DNA of 37,894 nt from a virus (taxonomy: Duplodnaviria; Caudoviricetes), in IMG/VR virus record IMGVR_UViG_3300025128_000132, positions 1-37,894 of that record, one strand, 5' to 3'. Below are positions 34,049-37,894 of the stretch, one piece after another (within the stretch, counting starts at the first letter, position 1; the number at the start of each line of letters is the position of its first letter). A model generated the notes under the pieces. That model worked only from the letters and a program-made list of their open reading frames with translations, was not told the origin of the DNA and did not search any database. Made by a program: the position numbers and the translations under genes.

Positions 34049-37000
34049 ATGGCTAACCCGACGACAAATCTGAGCATGACGAAACCCACCGTTGGTGGGT
34101 CTACTGATACTTGGGGCACAACGCTCAATGAAGAGGTTGTAGATGTAATCGATGCCGTATTCAGTGTTACCGGCACCGATGTCAGTATGTCGGACATCAC
34201 ATTCAACTCTGTGGCTCTCCAGGAAACCGGATCTGGCACAGATACGGTCAAGGTTCAGGCTCCCAGCGCGGTCACCACTTCCTACACGCTCACGATGCCG
34301 GCAGCTGTCGGTGCGTCAGGTCAGATCCTTAGAACCTCGGATGCTTCTGGGACATTGGCATGGGTGACCGATGAAGAAGGTGACCTGAAATCTGTAGCTG
34401 ATGCGACGAACGGAGGGCTCGATGTCACGAACGGCACCGGCCCGGACGTTACCCTGGCAGTCGATTTCAATGATCTAGCAGCTGCGGTTGTAGATGTGGC
34501 AGCTGATTCAATTGGAATCCTCGATGCGACTGATAACGATACCAAAAAAGAAACGATTGCTGACTTGGTGTCTGCGATGGGCGGCACCGGGTTAACCGGG
34601 GCGAGCGGCCAGCTTAGTGTGGACGCAGCTCAAACTCAGATTACCTCTGTCGGAGCTCTCGATGCCGGGAGTATAACGTCTGGCTTTGGTGCAATCGACA
34701 ATGGCTCAAGTGCGATCACAACTACGGGAACCGTATCAGCGACTACGCTCGCAGGGACGCTTTCTACGGCTACCCAAAACAGTGTAACCACTGCTACGGG
34801 CCTAGTAACTGTTGGAGCCTTAGACTCTGGATCTATTACATCTGGGTTTACTTCTATTGATGTAGGTTCGGGAGCTATAACGACTACTGGTACGGTATCG
34901 GCTACAACCCTTACAGGTACGTTGTCTACGGCTAGTCAGGGCAACCTCACGACCGCATCTGCCCTGGTCACGGTCGGGGCCTTGGACTCGGGTTCGATTA
35001 CATCTGGATTTGGAACCATCAACACTGGATCGTCTGCGATAACTGGTGGTGCTGGCTCATTTACGACAATCAGCGGCAGCACAAGTCTGGCGTTAGCGAC
35101 AGGTGCTACCGTCACTGGAATCGACAACGCGACACTAGCTACGGGATCAGCCACACTGCTTGCTACCCAGGGTGCAATTAAGACCTATGTGGATGCCCAG
35201 GTAGGTACAGTAGACACGCTTGCAGAAGTGCTTGCGAACGGAAACACCACAGGCTCGACAAACATCATTGTGTCGGCCAGCCAGAAAATCACTACTGACA
35301 CGATTGACGAAACTACGGCTGCGGCTGGAGTCACAATCGACTCAGTGCTGCTGAAGGACAATGCGGTTACAGCCACCACGTTTACTGGTGCCCTGACAGG
35401 TAACGCAGATACAGCTACCCTGGCCTCGACGGTCACGGTCGCAACCACGACGGATACTACTTGTTCAGTAGCATTATTCGAGAGCGCGACAGGTAGCTTG
35501 GCTGTGAAAACAGACGGCGGTTTAGATTACAATGCATCTACGAACACACTAACTACTACGACTTTCGTCGGTGCCCTAACAGGTAACGTCACTGGAAATG
35601 CGAGCGGCACGGCGGCCACAGTCACGGGTGCGGCTCAGTCAGCGATCACCAGTGTCGGAACGCTGACCTCGCTGGGAGTCGGAGCCATCACAAGCACGGG
35701 TGATATAGCTGTTACAGGTACGAGTTCTGGTTCTGATGTTTCGACCTTTACGAGCAATGCTGTAGCAGACACGAACATATCTGTCTGGCAGAGGCTAGGC
35801 GGTGCGGTAGCGGCAGAAATGAAGTATGTGGATAGCTCCACGGATATGGAGCTTGGGACTAGCACGGCTCACGCATTTAGTCTCAAGACAGGTGACACAC
35901 GGGCACTGACCATCGACTCGTCACAGAACGTCGGCATCGGGACCGCATCGCCAGACGCTCACTTGGAAATTTCTGCCGCAGATAATGCACCTACTATAAA
36001 GTTTAGTGAGAGCGATGATGCCAATAAAATGCTCATCGGATTTGGCCGCACTACTGATACTGGCGAATTAACCGTCATCGCCGATAAGCCTCTCGTATTC
36101 AAGAACAATAATACGGCTCGGATGACGATAGACGCTGGCGGCAACGTCGGCATCGGAACCACGGGGCCAGATCGCAATCTGCAAATCGAAACGGCTGGCG
36201 ATACCTATGTGCGTGTCTCAGGGAATAGGGGCAACAGCAACGATTTACATATAGGTAATGTAGAATTTGAAAACACCCTCGGCAGTGTCGGGGTTGTTGC
36301 AGAAATGCGAGCCATCACGGGGAACACTGGAACCCAAAGCACTATGGGCCAACTGGCGTTTTATACCGACGATGGCAGTGCATACGCAGAAAGGATGAGA
36401 ATCCAACAAGACGGCAAAGTCGGCATCGGGACCGCGACACCTAGCACCAACTTGTACGTCGAAGGCGGCACTTCGTTAGCACATATCCGAACACACTCTA
36501 CTGTCACGCAGAGCGATACCACCGTATTTGGGAAAATCTCCATGCAAGGAGATTCCAGCGAGGAAGCCTCGATCCGTGGTTTCTATGACCACGCTACATC
36601 TGCTTATTCTGGGATGTCGTTCTACACTGATGGGGCGGCTGGCACTGTACACGCAATGACCATCGACTCGTCGCAGAACATCGGCATCGGAACTACAGAT
36701 CCAGCACATAAATTGGAAATCCGATCTGGTGCCGATCCAACTCCTGCGATGTTTGGAACCACTACGCATAATTACACGGAGATCATGACCACGAATGCTG
36801 GTGGTGGGGCACTTGTCGTGTATAGGAACTACGGTGACAACACTCATGCTTGGAGTACGGGGAGAGCCGCAGACGACACCTTCATGATCGGGTACAACGC
36901 CACGACGGGTGGTCCCGATGCGCCAAAGCTCACAATCGACACATCGGGCAACGTCGGCATCTCAACCACATCACCAGCCGCTAAACTTGACATCCAAGGT

Positions 37001-37894
37001 TGGTCTGATGGTGCTGGGATAGATCTCAATTACGGCAATGCGACAGGGACGGTAAAGGGCTTCTCTCTGATGGCGAACAGCGTTGTCTGCGGCTCCATCG
37101 GAATGGAAATGCGTCAATCGCCAGACGAGGGGGATTTGTGTTTCTTCGGTGGTGCACAGGCTTCACCAGTTTTGAGGATCACGAATGATGGTGATGTCGC
37201 TATCGGGTCATCCATTGACCCGAATTGTCGATTCAATGTTAGACATCCATCTGGTGCCCTCATAAGCAGACTTGAAGGATATACCAACTCATATTCCAGT
37301 AAGCTGTTAATAAGCAGCAGCAGTTCTGGTGATGGTGGGATGATGTACGATCCTGCCGACAATACGATGGATGTGTTCTCCTACGGCAAGTTGACGTTTA
37401 ACGTAGGAACATCAAATACAGGTGGAACGGTCGGCGATCCCAGAATGGTCATTGATCAAGACGGCGAGGTCGGCATCGGGACCACATCTCCGAGCGAACT
37501 TCTAGATGTGCGAGGGGCAGGATATACCGCTTCGTTCGACACTAGTTCAGGTGATTGGGGTGGCATCAAGCTGCACAACAGTTCTGGTGGTACTTATGAC
37601 GGACAAGTCGGTGCATTGACGCTTAATAGCGGGAATGTATATGTCGGTGGTGAGTCTGGCGTCGGTGTGGTAGTTGCAACGAACGGCCAGACGGGAATGA
37701 AGATCGCCACCGACTACCAAGTCTCATTCCCGAATTCAGAAAGTTGCTTATTTGGCACAACAGCCGCCGTCGGAACAGGGAGTGAAGGCGTAGAGATCAG
37801 AGGCGACTACGGATATTTCAGGACAGCAAGAAACAGCACAGGTGTTGTCGGCCATTGGGCGATTTATAACTCAAATGGCGAAGTTGGCTCCGTC
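34049..37894 (+). CDS. Long modular tail fibre (continues to base 499; about 1392 aa in total; not in ORF track)
   Basis: ATG 34049 after TAGGA; KPTVGGSTDTWGTTLN anchor, T/S/G/A-rich shaft, seven xVGIGT-type modules; no stop seen in frame on manual translation. Confidence 0.92.
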   Translation, partial: MANPTTNLSMTKPTVGGSTDTWGTTLNEEVVDVIDAVFSVTGTDVSMSDITFNSVALQETGSGTDTVKVQAPSAVTTSYTLTMPAAVGASGQILRTSDASGTLAWVTDEEGDLKSVADATNGGLDVTNGTGPDVTLAVDFNDLAAAVVDVAADSIGILDATDNDTKKETIADLVSAMGGTGLTGASGQLSVDAAQTQITSVGALDAGSITSGFGAIDNGSSAITTTGTVSATTLAGTLSTATQNSVTTATGLVTVGALDSGSITSGFTSIDVGSGAITTTGTVSATTLTGTLSTASQGNLTTASALVTVGALDSGSITSGFGTINTGSSAITGGAGSFTTISGSTSLALATGATVTGIDNATLATGSATLLATQGAIKTYVDAQVGTVDTLAEVLANGNTTGSTNIIVSASQKITTDTIDETTAAAGVTIDSVLLKDNAVTATTFTGALTGNADTATLASTVTVATTTDTTCSVALFESATGSLAVKTDGGLDYNASTNTLTTTTFVGALTGNVTGNASGTAATVTGAAQSAITSVGTLTSLGVGAITSTGDIAVTGTSSGSDVSTFTSNAVADTNISVWQRLGGAVAAEMKYVDSSTDMELGTSTAHAFSLKTGDTRALTIDSSQNVGIGTASPDAHLEISAADNAPTIKFSESDDANKMLIGFGRTTDTGELTVIADKPLVFKNNNTARMTIDAGGNVGIGTTGPDRNLQIETAGDTYVRVSGNRGNSNDLHIGNVEFENTLGSVGVVAEMRAITGNTGTQSTMGQLAFYTDDGSAYAERMRIQQDGKVGIGTATPSTNLYVEGGTSLAHIRTHSTVTQSDTTVFGKISMQGDSSEEASIRGFYDHATSAYSGMSFYTDGAAGTVHAMTIDSSQNIGIGTTDPAHKLEIRSGADPTPAMFGTTTHNYTEIMTTNAGGGALVVYRNYGDNTHAWSTGRAADDTFMIGYNATTGGPDAPKLTIDTSGNVGISTTSPAAKLDIQGWSDGAGIDLNYGNATGTVKGFSLMANSVVCGSIGMEMRQSPDEGDLCFFGGAQASPVLRITNDGDVAIGSSIDPNCRFNVRHPSGALISRLEGYTNSYSSKLLISSSSSGDGGMMYDPADNTMDVFSYGKLTFNVGTSNTGGTVGDPRMVIDQDGEVGIGTTSPSELLDVRGAGYTASFDTSSGDWGGIKLHNSSGGTYDGQVGALTLNSGNVYVGGESGVGVVVATNGQTGMKIATDYQVSFPNSESCLFGTTAAVGTGSEGVEIRGDYGYFRTARNSTGVVGHWAIYNSNGEVGSV
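34649..35040 (+). repeat. 54-aa (162-bp) tail-fibre shaft repeat, about 2.5 copies
   Basis: VGALD(A/S)GSITSGF at 34649, 34811, 34973. Confidence 0.88.
37729..37894. repeat. Terminal overlap, copy 2
   Basis: Matches 1-166 with 4 substitutions at 37763-37768. Confidence 0.97.

Noticed and set aside
37729-37894. DGR template/variable repeat pair
   Set aside because: No reverse transcriptase in the genome, the copies are the same locus, and coding-strand differences are mostly not at adenines
1-37894. Alternative genetic code, tRNA genes, introns/inteins, integrase
   Set aside because: Genes tile densely under the standard code with normal-length terL, portal and capsid; no cloverleaf or recombinase motifs recognised by eye

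Overview
The window is an apparently complete, circularly permuted ~37.7 kb genome of a tailed dsDNA phage with podovirus-type (P22/SU10/HTVC010P-like) morphogenesis genes. Bases 1-166 repeat bases 37729-37894 with 4 mismatches, and the tail-fibre gene runs across that junction. Gene order: tail fibre tip and tail genes, three ejection proteins, lysis cassette, metallophosphoesterase, a leftward DNA-modification operon (TGT/DpdA-like protein, C5 methyltransferase), a divergent promoter region, recombination/replication genes (HTH, ERF, RusA, initiator, RecE-like nuclease, DnaB-like helicase, N4/N6 methyltransferase), terS, a non-coding control region, two effector-like proteins, terL, portal, scaffold, major capsid, adaptor, tail fibre. 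I found no integrase, polymerase, primase, tRNA or CRISPR array. Most notable: (1) a 28-bp XerCD dif-like site in an integrase-less tailed phage; (2) two tandem proteins that share a pre-toxin-TG-like module but carry different enzymatic C-termini (ADP-ribosyltransferase-like and HhH-glycosylase-like), one of which shares an N-terminal MHxGxPH motif with an ejection protein; (3) an iteron/AT-rich origin detached from its initiator gene; (4) about 6-fold excess of GAGCTC together with three DNA-modifying enzymes; (5) a Gln-rich 11-residue-repeat ejection protein reminiscent of the phiX174 H tube; (6) a tail fibre built of cassettes with nucleotide-conserved junctions. All family assignments are from motif recognition by eye, not database searches.
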